Part shown: one piece after another, positions 25,232 to 34,598 of the stretch | Layout of the letters: the number at the start of each line of letters is the position of its first letter | How positions within the stretch are numbered: the first letter of the stretch is position 1 | IMG/VR virus record: IMGVR_UViG_3300037524_000256 | Coordinates: 1-44,787 of that record | Strand: one strand, 5' to 3' | Length of the DNA stretch: 44,787 nucleotides | Origin: a virus | Lineage: Duplodnaviria; Caudoviricetes | Made by a program: the position numbers and the translations under genes | The notes under the pieces: generated by a model | Seen by the model: only the letters and a program-made list of their open reading frames with translations | The model's database searches: none | Told to the model about the DNA's origin: nothing

Positions 25232-26257
25232 TTACGCCCCGGACAGCGCCGTCACCTTGGCGTTGCCCTTCCAGTTGCGAGCCACCAGCGCCCACTCGGC
25301 GATGATCTGGTGCTTGCGACCGTCACCCGTGCGGGCGAGGTCACGCTTCTGGAACGGACGCAGGTAACGAACCGCCCACAGGCTCGGGTCGATGCACAGC
25401 ACCGTGAAGTCGCGCCCGTAGCGGTTCAGCACCACCTGATGCCGACCGAAGGACGAAACGTACACGTTCGACGCCGCCACGATGGAGGCTTCCTGACCCT
25501 TCGCCACGTCCACGAAGCGGGTCGCCACCGACGTGAAGGCGTCGATAACCCGCTTGTTCGCCGCCGAGGCGAGGATCACGCGCGGGTCGCCGCCCTCGCT
25601 CCACGCCTGCTGCAAGGCGTAGTTGAGCGACGTGGAGGTGAACGCACCCGTGGTCGGGGTCGTGCCGCCGTCCGTGATGGCCGTGCCCGGCGTACCGGAG
25701 GTCACCGGAGGCGTCGAGGCCCCGGCGGTCGTGGTCGAAAGCACCACATGCGACGGGCCAGCCGCCGAAGCGGTCGCGTCACCGATCCACGCCTCCATGC
25801 CGGCGGTCGAGCGGCCCGTGCCAGCGCCGCCCGCCGTCGAGATGCCCGAACCGACGATGCGCGACTCGATGTCACGCTTCAGTTCGCGCATCTTCACGAT
25901 GGCGGTGCGAGCGACTTCCGACTTACGACCGGCCTTCGCGACGGCCTCAAGGGTGTCGGAAATCAGGAAGGTCTTGCTGCTGATCTGGCAGTACGAGCCG
26001 AACCGGGCCGGGGGCACGGCAAGCTCGAACGTCGCGTCATCGCCTTCCACCTGGATGTTGGCAGCCGGCGAGGCGAGCGACTGACCCAACCACTCGGTGT
26101 AAGTGGCCGAGGCTTCCTCGCGGTCGAAGTTGGACAGGCACCACGTATCCTCCGGGAAGAGGTCGTAGATCATGTCCGAAAGGTCTTCCCGAGTACCGCC
26201 GGCACCCGAGGGATAACCCGAGCTATGAAGCTGGGTGGTATTGCTGAGAACAGCCAT
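25232..26257 (-). CDS. Major capsid protein (DUF5309/SU10-like)
   Basis: REDLSD.I....P.DT, EW....L, EGDDA, CQIS.K, ELKRDIE, Y.SSFG, LARTGD...I..EW.L. Confidence 0.9.
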   Translation of the reverse strand: MAVLSNTTQLHSSGYPSGAGGTREDLSDMIYDLFPEDTWCLSNFDREEASATYTEWLGQSLASPAANIQVEGDDATFELAVPPARFGSYCQISSKTFLISDTLEAVAKAGRKSEVARTAIVKMRELKRDIESRIVGSGISTAGGAGTGRSTAGMEAWIGDATASAAGPSHVVLSTTTAGASTPPVTSGTPGTAITDGGTTPTTGAFTSTSLNYALQQAWSEGGDPRVILASAANKRVIDAFTSVATRFVDVAKGQEASIVAASNVYVSSFGRHQVVLNRYGRDFTVLCIDPSLWAVRYLRPFQKRDLARTGDGRKHQIIAEWALVARNWKGNAKVTALSGA

Positions 26258-26268
26258 TGTCGTGTCTC

Positions 26269-27171
26269 CTAGAACATGTTCCCGAGGCGCTGCTCGATGA
26301 GCTTCGCTTTGCTCTGCGAGTCAGTGGCCTTCGCCATCGCCTTGCGGAAGTTGAGTTTGTCCCGTACCTGTTGCGGCATCGGGTTCGATGACCCCGGCTT
26401 GATGACCGGGGTTTTGGCGATCGGAGTCGCCTTGCTCTGAAGCTGGTCGAACTTCATCGCCTTGATTAGCACCGCCGTCGCCCGAGGGTCTACCCGGAAC
26501 AGGCCCAAGTCCTGATCGGTGTAGCCGAGCGACTTAGCAAAGCTGTCGACCTGTGCAAGCGTATCGTCGGTGAGGCCGGGGAACTGCTTGGACAGTGCCG
26601 CCTTCGCCTCATCCTTGAGCTTGTCCAGCGCCGCACGCTGCTTGTCGGTGAACTCGCTGCGCTTCTTGTCAACACTGCCCTTGAGGGACGACAGCATGCG
26701 CTCGGCCTGCTGCATCGCCACGATGTGGTCGAGCTTTTCGTCCGTGCTCAGGAGGCGAATGTCGATATTCTGAAGCTGGGACAGGTGGTTTTCCACCATC
26801 TGTATCTGCTGAAGCTCGGTCGCCGTTGACTCGTGAAACTCGCGCTCGATCTTCGCCGTCTCCAGCGCCTTCTGCGCGAACTCCACCTGACGGCGCTGCT
26901 CGGCCAGTTCCTGCGTCTTGCGGGTGTAATCCGCATGGCGCATCGCGGCCTCTGCTGCTTTCTTGGGCAGCGCAAACGTCTCGCCGTCAATCTCCACCTC
27001 GACTACATCCGGCTCCGGGGCGGCGTCTTCGGCTTCCGGCTCATCGCCTTCCACCTCGGGTTCCGCCTGCGGCTCGTATTCCTCCGGTTGGCCGGGGTCG
27101 AACATGCTTGCAATGCGATCCGGTAAGGACTCCGTTGCCGGTTGGTCCTGAGTTGCTTCGGTCATGGTCAC
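26269..27171 (-). CDS. Capsid scaffolding protein
   Basis: Acidic N-terminus, VEIDGE, DYTRKTQELAEQRR, coiled coil; between portal and capsid. Confidence 0.85.
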   Translation of the reverse strand: MTMTEATQDQPATESLPDRIASMFDPGQPEEYEPQAEPEVEGDEPEAEDAAPEPDVVEVEIDGETFALPKKAAEAAMRHADYTRKTQELAEQRRQVEFAQKALETAKIEREFHESTATELQQIQMVENHLSQLQNIDIRLLSTDEKLDHIVAMQQAERMLSSLKGSVDKKRSEFTDKQRAALDKLKDEAKAALSKQFPGLTDDTLAQVDSFAKSLGYTDQDLGLFRVDPRATAVLIKAMKFDQLQSKATPIAKTPVIKPGSSNPMPQQVRDKLNFRKAMAKATDSQSKAKLIEQRLGNMF

Positions 27172-27440
27172 CTGCTAAAGATTTGGAATCGACGCTTTTC
27201 GTCCCGGAGGCGCAGCGCGTATTTGCCCTCGCGCACCGCTTGTTCCAGGTGGCTCTTCACGTCGTTGAGAGCCTTCAACATCAGAAACAGTCGCTCCCGC
27301 CCCTCGGTGTCCCGAACGGGGGAGGTCTCGAACTTGGCAAGGATGGCCTCGCGCACCGCGTCGAAGCCTTCCTTTAGCATCTCGTCCCCGAGCAGGCGCT
27401 CGGCGCGGACGCCCCGGTCAATCTTGGCTTGTTCGCTCAT
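27168..27440 (-). CDS. Small protein between portal and scaffold
   Basis: RAE.LL.D......F and D.EGRE.LF motifs; coupled overlaps. Confidence 0.7.
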   Translation of the reverse strand: MSEQAKIDRGVRAERLLGDEMLKEGFDAVREAILAKFETSPVRDTEGRERLFLMLKALNDVKSHLEQAVREGKYALRLRDEKRRFQIFSR

Positions 27441-29674
27441 TCAACCCCGCCGATGCGGCCTTGCTTGTCGCGGATGACCTTGCGCGGGCGGTTCAACTGC
27501 TCGACGGCCTGCGTGAGCGAATCGACCATCTTCGCAAGGCTGATCTTGTCCTTGACCTCGGATACGGCCTTCTTCACGCCATCGCTGTCCGGGTCGGGCT
27601 CCTTGCTGGCGCGGTCCTTGTCCTTCTCGGCAGACTCGTATGCCGCCTGACGGTCCACCAACTCGGCCTGTTGCTGCGCGGACAACTGCGCGAGCAAGAG
27701 CTGCGTCTCGGCCTGCTTGTCGATCTTGTACTTCTCAAGCTCCAACTGCCGCTCGGCCTCTGCCGCCTTGAGCGCCAACTCCTGCTCTCTGAGCGCACGG
27801 TCAGCCGCAGACTCTTCCTGCTTGATCTCAAGCTCGGCCTGCTTCGCCGCCATGTCGCCCTGCAACTTCATCATGTTGGGGTCGGGCGGGGCCTGCTGCG
27901 GCTCGACCTGCTCGGGGTCGGTCCAGAACCGCTCGGGCGATGAGAAGTCCGACGCCTTCGTCAGTTCCAGCATCGTCTGGTAGTAGTTCTGCGGCTGCAC
28001 CACCGGCAGGCCCATCTGGAGCGCCATCTGCTGGTTCTGCGCAATCATCATCAGGCGGGCGACCATCGCATCCTTGTTGCCCGCCGCAAAGCCCACGGCA
28101 ATGCGGAAGTCCGTGCGGTGACGCCACGAGGCGGGGTCTACCTCGACCCACTGGCCCCGGATCTTGACCACTTCCTTCTTGTGGCCGTTCTTCAGGATCA
28201 GTTCATGCACGATGCGGGCGAGGTCTTCAATGCCCGACCCGAAGATGCGAGCGATCTGCTCGACGCGCTGCGCCGCCATCGTGGATAGCGTCTGAATGCC
28301 CGTCGCCGTCTTGTTCAGCGCGTTCTGGTCCGTGCCGCTGAAGTACCGATTGACGCCCGCCCGGTTCTCCCGAACGCTGTCCATGTACTCCATGCCCGCC
28401 ATCGCTTCCGCGAAGATGAACGGGTGTTTTTCGTAGCGGACGGCATTCACATCGTCCGTCTTGATGATGCCGCCGGGGATGGACGAAATGAGGTCGTCCA
28501 GGTCCACCATGTTCTTGTTTACAACCTTCTGCGGGTTGTTCGACAAGTACAGGTTGTCCAAGCCCTGCCGCAGGATCGCCGTCTTAATGCGCTGAATGTC
28601 CGCAACCATGTCCGTGATGGACAGGCCGTAATGACGGTGAGGCAGCGGCGACGGCACCAGCGACGCCACGGGAATCGTATTGATCTCTTCCCGGTGCAGG
28701 ATCTCGCGGCCTACGCGCAGGACGTATTGCAACTCTGCAATACCGTCTTCGTCGTAGTCGTGGCGTATCCAGACCATCCGCACCTTGACCCGGCGCATGG
28801 ACGGGTCGGCCCGGTCATCGTCGCGCGTCTCGGCGTACAGGTCGCGGACGGCATCCTCTTCCGTCTCGGGGTCTTCGTCCGAGGCGATGTCATCGGGAAC
28901 GTCGAAGCCCATCGAACGCAGGTCCGACAGGGGTTTCATGTCCCAATACTCGAAATACGGCACGTCAGCCACGCGGAACGACGTGGCGTACTGGCTGACC
29001 TTGCACCGCTCGGGCGGGAGCACCTTGATGCAGATTTTCCGCTTCTCGCCCACGCGCCGCAGCGATACGTCGTACAGCATGACCGGCTGCGTGACGGGCT
29101 GGCCCATCTCATCGAGCGCCGGCTGACCCGTCATCGGGTCCATCACCGGCTCGGGCGGGCTTTCCTCGTCGGGGTACTCGTTGAGTTCAAGAACCTCCAC
29201 GTCCTTGTCCTGCGTGAGCATGGCAACACCCTCGCGGGTCTGCCGCTCGTACCGCTCCACCTCTACCTGCCGCTCGCGGTCCACATAGGCGAGCGCGTAA
29301 GCGTTGCGGATCATGAGGGCATCGGTCGCCCAACTGAGGAACGTCTCGAACCACGGAGACTGCTGGCCGATGACCCAGTTTAGATACTCCTCCTCCTGCT
29401 TGGCCCCGGCCTCGTCATCCGGGCCGATTGGAGGAATCGATACCAGGTCATTGCCGTTCGCAAAGATGCGGCACAGCGAGGGCAGTATCCACTGGATCGT
29501 CTCAAAGACGCTGCGGTCGGTGACCTGCGAGCGGCCATCCGGTGCCGGATCGACGTTCTGCCCGAGGTAAAGCTGGATGCTATAGGCACGCTCGGCGCTC
29601 AGTTCGCCGTCGTCGCCATAGGCATTCTCTTCCGCCCGGTCAATCGCGGCGATTAGCTTGTCGAGGTCGGCCAT
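27437..29674 (-). CDS. Portal protein (P22-like, with C-terminal coiled-coil barrel)
   Basis: 745 aa after TerL; GRSQV, PSL.RIF, P.PHRHYG.S, LDNLYLSNNP, TATG motifs. Confidence 0.9.
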   Translation of the reverse strand: MADLDKLIAAIDRAEENAYGDDGELSAERAYSIQLYLGQNVDPAPDGRSQVTDRSVFETIQWILPSLCRIFANGNDLVSIPPIGPDDEAGAKQEEEYLNWVIGQQSPWFETFLSWATDALMIRNAYALAYVDRERQVEVERYERQTREGVAMLTQDKDVEVLELNEYPDEESPPEPVMDPMTGQPALDEMGQPVTQPVMLYDVSLRRVGEKRKICIKVLPPERCKVSQYATSFRVADVPYFEYWDMKPLSDLRSMGFDVPDDIASDEDPETEEDAVRDLYAETRDDDRADPSMRRVKVRMVWIRHDYDEDGIAELQYVLRVGREILHREEINTIPVASLVPSPLPHRHYGLSITDMVADIQRIKTAILRQGLDNLYLSNNPQKVVNKNMVDLDDLISSIPGGIIKTDDVNAVRYEKHPFIFAEAMAGMEYMDSVRENRAGVNRYFSGTDQNALNKTATGIQTLSTMAAQRVEQIARIFGSGIEDLARIVHELILKNGHKKEVVKIRGQWVEVDPASWRHRTDFRIAVGFAAGNKDAMVARLMMIAQNQQMALQMGLPVVQPQNYYQTMLELTKASDFSSPERFWTDPEQVEPQQAPPDPNMMKLQGDMAAKQAELEIKQEESAADRALREQELALKAAEAERQLELEKYKIDKQAETQLLLAQLSAQQQAELVDRQAAYESAEKDKDRASKEPDPDSDGVKKAVSEVKDKISLAKMVDSLTQAVEQLNRPRKVIRDKQGRIGGVE

Positions 29675-29765
29675 TCAGCTTTTCCTGTAGTTCCTTGACT
29701 TGGGCTTCAAGTGCCGCCACTCGGTCGCGCAGTTCTTGAATGATGTTCAGCAGCGCTTGGCTCAC
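29640..29765 (-). CDS. Small coiled-coil protein
   Basis: GTGA coupling to TerL stop; ELRDRVAALEAQVKEL. Confidence 0.5.
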   Translation of the reverse strand: MSQALLNIIQELRDRVAALEAQVKELQEKLNGRPRQANRRD

Positions 29766-31000
29766 ACGATGCCCCTGAGGTCGGGTTTTAACGGTTTCGG
29801 GCGGGCCTCTTGCTTCAGGCTCACCGCCAACATGCGCCACGCATCGGCGGCATGGGATGACCAATCGTGCACGGGCTGGTTCTTGCGCTCGCCGTCGCTC
29901 ACCCGATAGTCCCATCGGTAGTGAGCCAACGCTTCGAGCCCCTGCTCACACTTGGCCGCGTCAATCTGCGCCCGGTCCATCAGCAGTCGCCCCTGCTCGA
30001 TGCCTTGGGCGAGCGGGATGTGCGGGACCAAGAGCGCCTTGATGCCGTTCGACTGCAACCCGCCCTGAAACGTCTTGTCCGACTCCACCCGATCATGCCC
30101 CGCGTCGTGCGGGAGCCATGCGGTGTCATAGTTGTAGGGCTTCGAGCGCAGCAGCGAGACGTAATGCGGGAGCTTCTCGCCGCTCGCCTCGTAGAAATCA
30201 ATGACCCGCAGTTCGCCCCGCACCCACTGGTAGAACCAGATGGCGGTCGCGTCCCGCTGGCCGATGTCCCATGCCGTACTGACGAGCTTGGACGGCTCCC
30301 AAGGCACCGAGGTGATGCGCCCCTGTAGCCGCGCCGCCGCGATGCTCTTGGCGTAAATCGCCCCGAGGATCGCCGCATCGAACGAGCACTCGAACTCCTG
30401 CTCGTACTGCGGCTGCGTCATCGTCTTACGGGCGTCTGCCAGTTCCTCTTCGGACAGCAGGCCCGTCTCGCTGGCCTTCAGGGTGAGCGAGTACCACTCG
30501 GGATTATTCAGACTCGCCTTCCAAACCTCGTAAAAGGCGTTTTTGCCCTTTGGCGTCCCGATGAATACCGCCCAGCCCTTACGGTCAGCCAGCAGCGGGC
30601 GGATGATCTCGCCCCACACGCTCGGGCGCATGTCGGCGTACTCATCCAGCACTACCCCGTCGAGGTAGATACCGCGCAGGGCGTCGGGGTTATCCGCCCC
30701 GTACAGCCGCACCCGCGAGCCGTTCACCAACTCGACCCATAGCTCGGATTCGTTGACGTTCCGCGCCACGTCGGCGCTGTACGCCTTCAGGTAGTCCCAG
30801 GCCGTCTGCTTGGCCTGACTGTAGAAGGGGGCGATGTAGGCATAGCGCCCCGCCTTCTTGCCCGTCGCTAGGGCGCGGGTCAGTAGCTCCATTACACAGG
30901 CAACCGTCTTGCCGGCGCGTCGGTGGGCAACGATCACTGCCCATCGCTTGTCCCGCTCGTGGAACCCCGCGAACTGAGGCCGGGGCCTGTACTCACTCAT
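29762..31000 (-). CDS. terL: Terminase large subunit
   Basis: HRRAGKT Walker A, VVLDEY Walker B, GTP coupling motif, WDIG and HDWSSHAADA nuclease motifs. Confidence 0.95.
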   Translation of the reverse strand: MSEYRPRPQFAGFHERDKRWAVIVAHRRAGKTVACVMELLTRALATGKKAGRYAYIAPFYSQAKQTAWDYLKAYSADVARNVNESELWVELVNGSRVRLYGADNPDALRGIYLDGVVLDEYADMRPSVWGEIIRPLLADRKGWAVFIGTPKGKNAFYEVWKASLNNPEWYSLTLKASETGLLSEEELADARKTMTQPQYEQEFECSFDAAILGAIYAKSIAAARLQGRITSVPWEPSKLVSTAWDIGQRDATAIWFYQWVRGELRVIDFYEASGEKLPHYVSLLRSKPYNYDTAWLPHDAGHDRVESDKTFQGGLQSNGIKALLVPHIPLAQGIEQGRLLMDRAQIDAAKCEQGLEALAHYRWDYRVSDGERKNQPVHDWSSHAADAWRMLAVSLKQEARPKPLKPDLRGIV

Positions 31001-31229
31001 CCAGCTTGGACTTCGGCAGCGGCCAACTGATATTCAAGTTGCCGTTAACATTCACGTCTGAAGCGGCATTACTGATTGTTTTGTCAAGCAAAATGCGGGC
31101 AGACTGAACCTGCGTCGGGGATAGCTCAATCTCCCCCTCTACGTGCTTCTCAAGGCGGCTCAGGATCATCGCAACCTTGATCTTTTCCCTTACGAGGTCT
31201 TGGTGTCTCCGGTTCAGTCGTGCTGCCAT
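30993..31229 (-). CDS. Putative terminase small subunit
   Basis: 78 aa directly upstream of TerL; TQVQSARILLDK motif. Confidence 0.65.
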   Translation of the reverse strand: MAARLNRRHQDLVREKIKVAMILSRLEKHVEGEIELSPTQVQSARILLDKTISNAASDVNVNGNLNISWPLPKSKLDE

Positions 31230-31260
31230 GTCTTTGCGACTCCCAGCGGGTTGGTCGCCC

Positions 31261-31782
31261 TCATATCAAAAGTAAAAGTGCCTCTTCATCGTCCTGCTCG
31301 GCTCGTAGCTCCATGAGCAGGCGAATCTCTGCGGCCAGTGCCGCGTCCCGGTAGATGCGTTCGATGTCCTGTCGCGGTTTAGCGACAACTTCGGCCAGTT
31401 CCGGGCTGGCCTTGATCTCGGGCGTCTTGACCGCTGGGGCTTGTGCCTTGCGGATCGCCTTGGCGACCACCTGCTCGGCGGTCTGCGGGGCGACCCTCTG
31501 GGCTAGTGCCTTAGCGCGGTCCAGCAGGGCGAGGGCTTCGGTCGGGTTAGCAACCTGGAACTCCTGCCCGTCGATCTCGACGTAATAGCGTTTGCGGCGT
31601 CGGCCTGCCGGCGTCTCGGTGTAGCGTTCGACCGGAACCGGGGCTGTCTCGGGCTGCGACCAGTAGATCCGCTGCCGTATCGGGTATGGGCGGAAGACGT
31701 AGCGCCGCCCCGAGACAGGCGACCCGCCCGACTCTGCGCCCGTATCGAAGTACGAGCTAAAGTAGCCGGTGAAGTACGCCAC
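31261..31782 (-). CDS. Hypothetical protein
   Basis: Operon continuity; C-terminal DDEEALLLL motif. Confidence 0.65.
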   Translation of the reverse strand: MAYFTGYFSSYFDTGAESGGSPVSGRRYVFRPYPIRQRIYWSQPETAPVPVERYTETPAGRRRKRYYVEIDGQEFQVANPTEALALLDRAKALAQRVAPQTAEQVVAKAIRKAQAPAVKTPEIKASPELAEVVAKPRQDIERIYRDAALAAEIRLLMELRAEQDDEEALLLLI

Positions 31783-31783
31783 A

Positions 31784-32650
31784 TCACGCCGTTGGGGTCA
31801 GCTTTCTAATCGTGAACCCGTGCAAGCGCAGGGTCTGCGTGGCCGTTGCGTTCGCGCTGCGAACCTTTAGCGCGACCGTCAGCGTGCCCGTGGCATCGCT
31901 TGTGGACGTGCCCCACCCCTTCGCTTGCAGGTGCGTGGCGGCGGCGGCGGTATCCGTGCCCGAGGCAACGCCCGCCGCGAGTTGCATGTCGAGCGCCATC
32001 ATTGCGTATACGAGGTTGGACGCCCGCACGTCACACACGCCGTACACATGGCACCACTGCATGAGCGTTGTGGAAAACGCCGACGCGCCCGTCGATAGCT
32101 CAACGTCAAACAAGTTGTCGAAGTCAAGCGTGATGGCGTAAACGCGGGTCGCCGTGGAGTTGTTCAGGACCGTGAACCACGCATCCACGTACAACTGATC
32201 GCCCGCCGCCACGCCCGTTACGTCGCGGGTCGCGATGGTTACGTCATTCGTATCGTTGACTGAGAAGTCAGCGGCAGAACGCACAAACACAACCGGGCTT
32301 GGGCCGGTTGGACCCGTTGGACCCGTGGGACCTGTCGGTCCCGTAGGACCTGTCGGACCGGGAACAATCGAATCAGCCCCCGCTGGCCCGGTTGGACCAG
32401 TAGGGCCGGTTGGTCCCGTCGCGCCAGTTGCCCCTGCCGGGCCGGTTGGGCCGGTCGGTCCCGCCACTTGGGCGGACCAGGACCGCGCACCCAGCACCGT
32501 CGAGGTGAGCACGTACCCGTCGCTCGCCGGGTTGCCTAGTCCGGGCTCTGCGCCGATCTCCGCAGGCGTCGGGAGCGTGTGTTCTTCCGCCCATTCCGTT
32601 TCACCCACCTGTGCAGGCGGAGTCGGGATGGTGGCGTGCGTGATCGGCAC
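31784..32650 (-). CDS. Collagen-like fibre protein with C-terminal beta-sandwich
   Basis: (GPT)n repeats at ~32297-32465. Confidence 0.75.
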   Translation of the reverse strand: MPITHATIPTPPAQVGETEWAEEHTLPTPAEIGAEPGLGNPASDGYVLTSTVLGARSWSAQVAGPTGPTGPAGATGATGPTGPTGPTGPAGADSIVPGPTGPTGPTGPTGPTGPTGPSPVVFVRSAADFSVNDTNDVTIATRDVTGVAAGDQLYVDAWFTVLNNSTATRVYAITLDFDNLFDVELSTGASAFSTTLMQWCHVYGVCDVRASNLVYAMMALDMQLAAGVASGTDTAAAATHLQAKGWGTSTSDATGTLTVALKVRSANATATQTLRLHGFTIRKLTPTA

Positions 32651-32968
32651 TTACTCAACCCCGCGCAGGTTCTCCACGGTCCATTCAAACTTGGCCGGGG
32701 TGCGCTTTTCGTTCGTGACCGTCGCCTCAAGCACCAACTGCTTCTGTTCGCGGTTGTTCTGATCGCTCTGGATGGCGTTGTCTTCCGAGGTCACGACGAT
32801 GACCACCGTGGAGTCTGGCGTAACCGCCGTCCAATCGCGGACCAGCTTCCGCGAAGTCTTGCAGTAAATCTGGTATCGAACCGACGCGGGAACCGTCTCT
32901 ACGTCGTTCTCGTCGAAAAACGTGGTCGTCAGGGTGAAGTATTGACCTTCGAGGATTGACAGGTTCAT
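32651..32968 (-). CDS. Small beta-sandwich virion protein (adapter-like)
   Basis: Alternating hydrophobic strands; fibre module context. Confidence 0.55.
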   Translation of the reverse strand: MNLSILEGQYFTLTTTFFDENDVETVPASVRYQIYCKTSRKLVRDWTAVTPDSTVVIVVTSEDNAIQSDQNNREQKQLVLEATVTNEKRTPAKFEWTVENLRGVE

Positions 32969-33672
32969 GTTTCCGCCCTGATTTCCATACGCGAAACCTT
33001 CGCCCGCATGACGATCCGCAGCGATTCGGCATCAATCGTCACGGTGTTCCCACGGGTTGCCGTCGCAGAGCCACCAAACGCCACCGCCCCGCTGCCCGTG
33101 GTCGCAAATGCCTGGAGCGTCGGGACTGCCGTCCCCGCAAAGGTGATCTCTGCCGGGAGCGCGTAGCCCTCCACCGTGCCACCCGACACGTCGGGCCGCG
33201 CAACCGTGCCGGCGAAGACAAGGCTTCCCGAGGCTAGATTTCGGTGCACGCCTTCTGCCGTGCCCGCGAACACCATCGCCGCTGCGACTTCCGACGTGAA
33301 GAATCCGGACGCAGCAGTCGCCGTGCCTGCAAACCGGATCGTATTGGCCGCGACATTCGCTGCCGTCGCAGTCCCCGCAAAGACGACGGGAGCCGCCTGC
33401 GTCGTCCTTGCGATGAACCCGCGACCCGTTGCCGTACCGCCGAACGTCACTGACCCCTGCGCACTGAAGAGCGCCGAAATCTCCGTGATCGTTGTCGGGG
33501 CAAAGACAATCGCGCCCGATGCCGTGCCGCCGTCTGTCGTGGGCGTCCCGCCCGTCGCCGTGCCGCCGAACGCAATCGAGCCCACCGCCAGCCCGGCGGT
33601 GATGTACGAACCAGACCCGAAGACTCGGGTAGCGGGCTCTTTACGATGTACGTAGCGACGCGGCTCGGACAT
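32965..33672 (-). CDS. Ala/Gly/Thr-rich repetitive fibre-shaft protein
   Basis: Repeated G.I/V.F(A/G)GTAT units. Confidence 0.65.
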   Translation of the reverse strand: MSEPRRYVHRKEPATRVFGSGSYITAGLAVGSIAFGGTATGGTPTTDGGTASGAIVFAPTTITEISALFSAQGSVTFGGTATGRGFIARTTQAAPVVFAGTATAANVAANTIRFAGTATAASGFFTSEVAAAMVFAGTAEGVHRNLASGSLVFAGTVARPDVSGGTVEGYALPAEITFAGTAVPTLQAFATTGSGAVAFGGSATATRGNTVTIDAESLRIVMRAKVSRMEIRAET

Positions 33673-33675
33673 GGA

Positions 33676-34077
33676 TTACGCCACGGACGGACTGACGCTG
33701 GCCGAATTGAACTGGAACGTGTTGCCCGAGTTGATCGTCACATCTGACGAAAGCTGCGCGTACCACAGCACGTTGCCGGAGGTGGACGCATCCATGACCG
33801 CCACGTAGCGGATCGTGCCCCAGCCCGCCGTCGCGGTCGGGAACGTCACCGTGCCCGAGTTGCTGCCGACGCCGTTCGACGGAGCGCCAAAGGTCACGGT
33901 CTGACGGGCATACGAGCCACCGCTCACTTCGTTCGTGAGCGTGCCGGCTTCGAGGTCAGCCGCCGTCGCCGTGCTCGTGAACAAACCGAGGTACAGCGTA
34001 GCGGCAGGGGTGTAGCTGGTATTGCGGAAGACGTGATTGAAGATCGCCGTTTCCAGGTAATTGCTTGCTGCGGACAT
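33676..34077 (-). CDS. Conserved phage fibre-associated structural protein
   Basis: SNYLE......F, LYLGLFT, EVSGGSYARQ.VTF, FPTATAGWGTI....V.DA.T.GN.L. Confidence 0.75.
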   Translation of the reverse strand: MSAASNYLETAIFNHVFRNTSYTPAATLYLGLFTSTATAADLEAGTLTNEVSGGSYARQTVTFGAPSNGVGSNSGTVTFPTATAGWGTIRYVAVMDASTSGNVLWYAQLSSDVTINSGNTFQFNSASVSPSVA

Positions 34078-34090
34078 TTCTCAGGCTCCA

Positions 34091-34119
34091 GAAATGAAAA
34101 GGCCCGCACGAGGCGGGCC
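34091..34119 (-). terminator. Intrinsic terminator inside late operon
   Basis: GGCCCGC-ctcgt-GCGGGCC-TTTTCATTTC on minus strand. Confidence 0.75.
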
Positions 34120-34139
34120 GGGGTGGCTTCGGGGTTGGC

Positions 34140-34589
34140 TTACAACTCTTCCCAAGTGACGTAACCGGACCACGTTCGGGTTCCGCCAAGGGCTGCGCCG
34201 AGGTACAGGGCGATGCGGCCCGACGCTTCCACCACGGGACGCATCTCGGGGGTCGGGAGGTACAGCAGTTCGCCCTGCTGGCTCCATCGCCAGCCGTGCA
34301 GGATCGAACCCGCCGTGCCGGGCGTCGTGGCGAGCGTCACCAGTGCGCCCGTTGCGGCCACGCTATTGCCGGGGTCGAGGGGAACCTCGGTCGCCGCCGA
34401 TCCGCCCGTGCCTGCCGTCGAACGCCGCAGCAGCGTGAGCCGTGCGCGTTCGTCGGTCTGGTAGCTCGACGTGAGCGAGAAGGCGTGCAGCACCAGGATC
34501 TTAGTAGAGGGTGCCGTCAGTTCCCAGATGTCCTGCGTAGCCGCCGTAACGGACACGGAATCAATCGGACAAGTGTAAAGTCTGCCCAT
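34140..34589 (-). CDS. Putative virion beta-sandwich protein
   Basis: Beta-rich, Thr/Gly-rich, C-terminal WEE; context. Confidence 0.6.
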   Translation of the reverse strand: MGRLYTCPIDSVSVTAATQDIWELTAPSTKILVLHAFSLTSSYQTDERARLTLLRRSTAGTGGSAATEVPLDPGNSVAATGALVTLATTPGTAGSILHGWRWSQQGELLYLPTPEMRPVVEASGRIALYLGAALGGTRTWSGYVTWEEL

Positions 34590-34598
34590 TGCGAAACC

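Noticed and set aside
25206-25295. Possible -1 frameshift fusing capsid to the GT29-like frame, which is open across the capsid stop
   Set aside because: No canonical slippery heptamer seen, and an in-frame ATG at 25205 matches the domain start; not fully excluded
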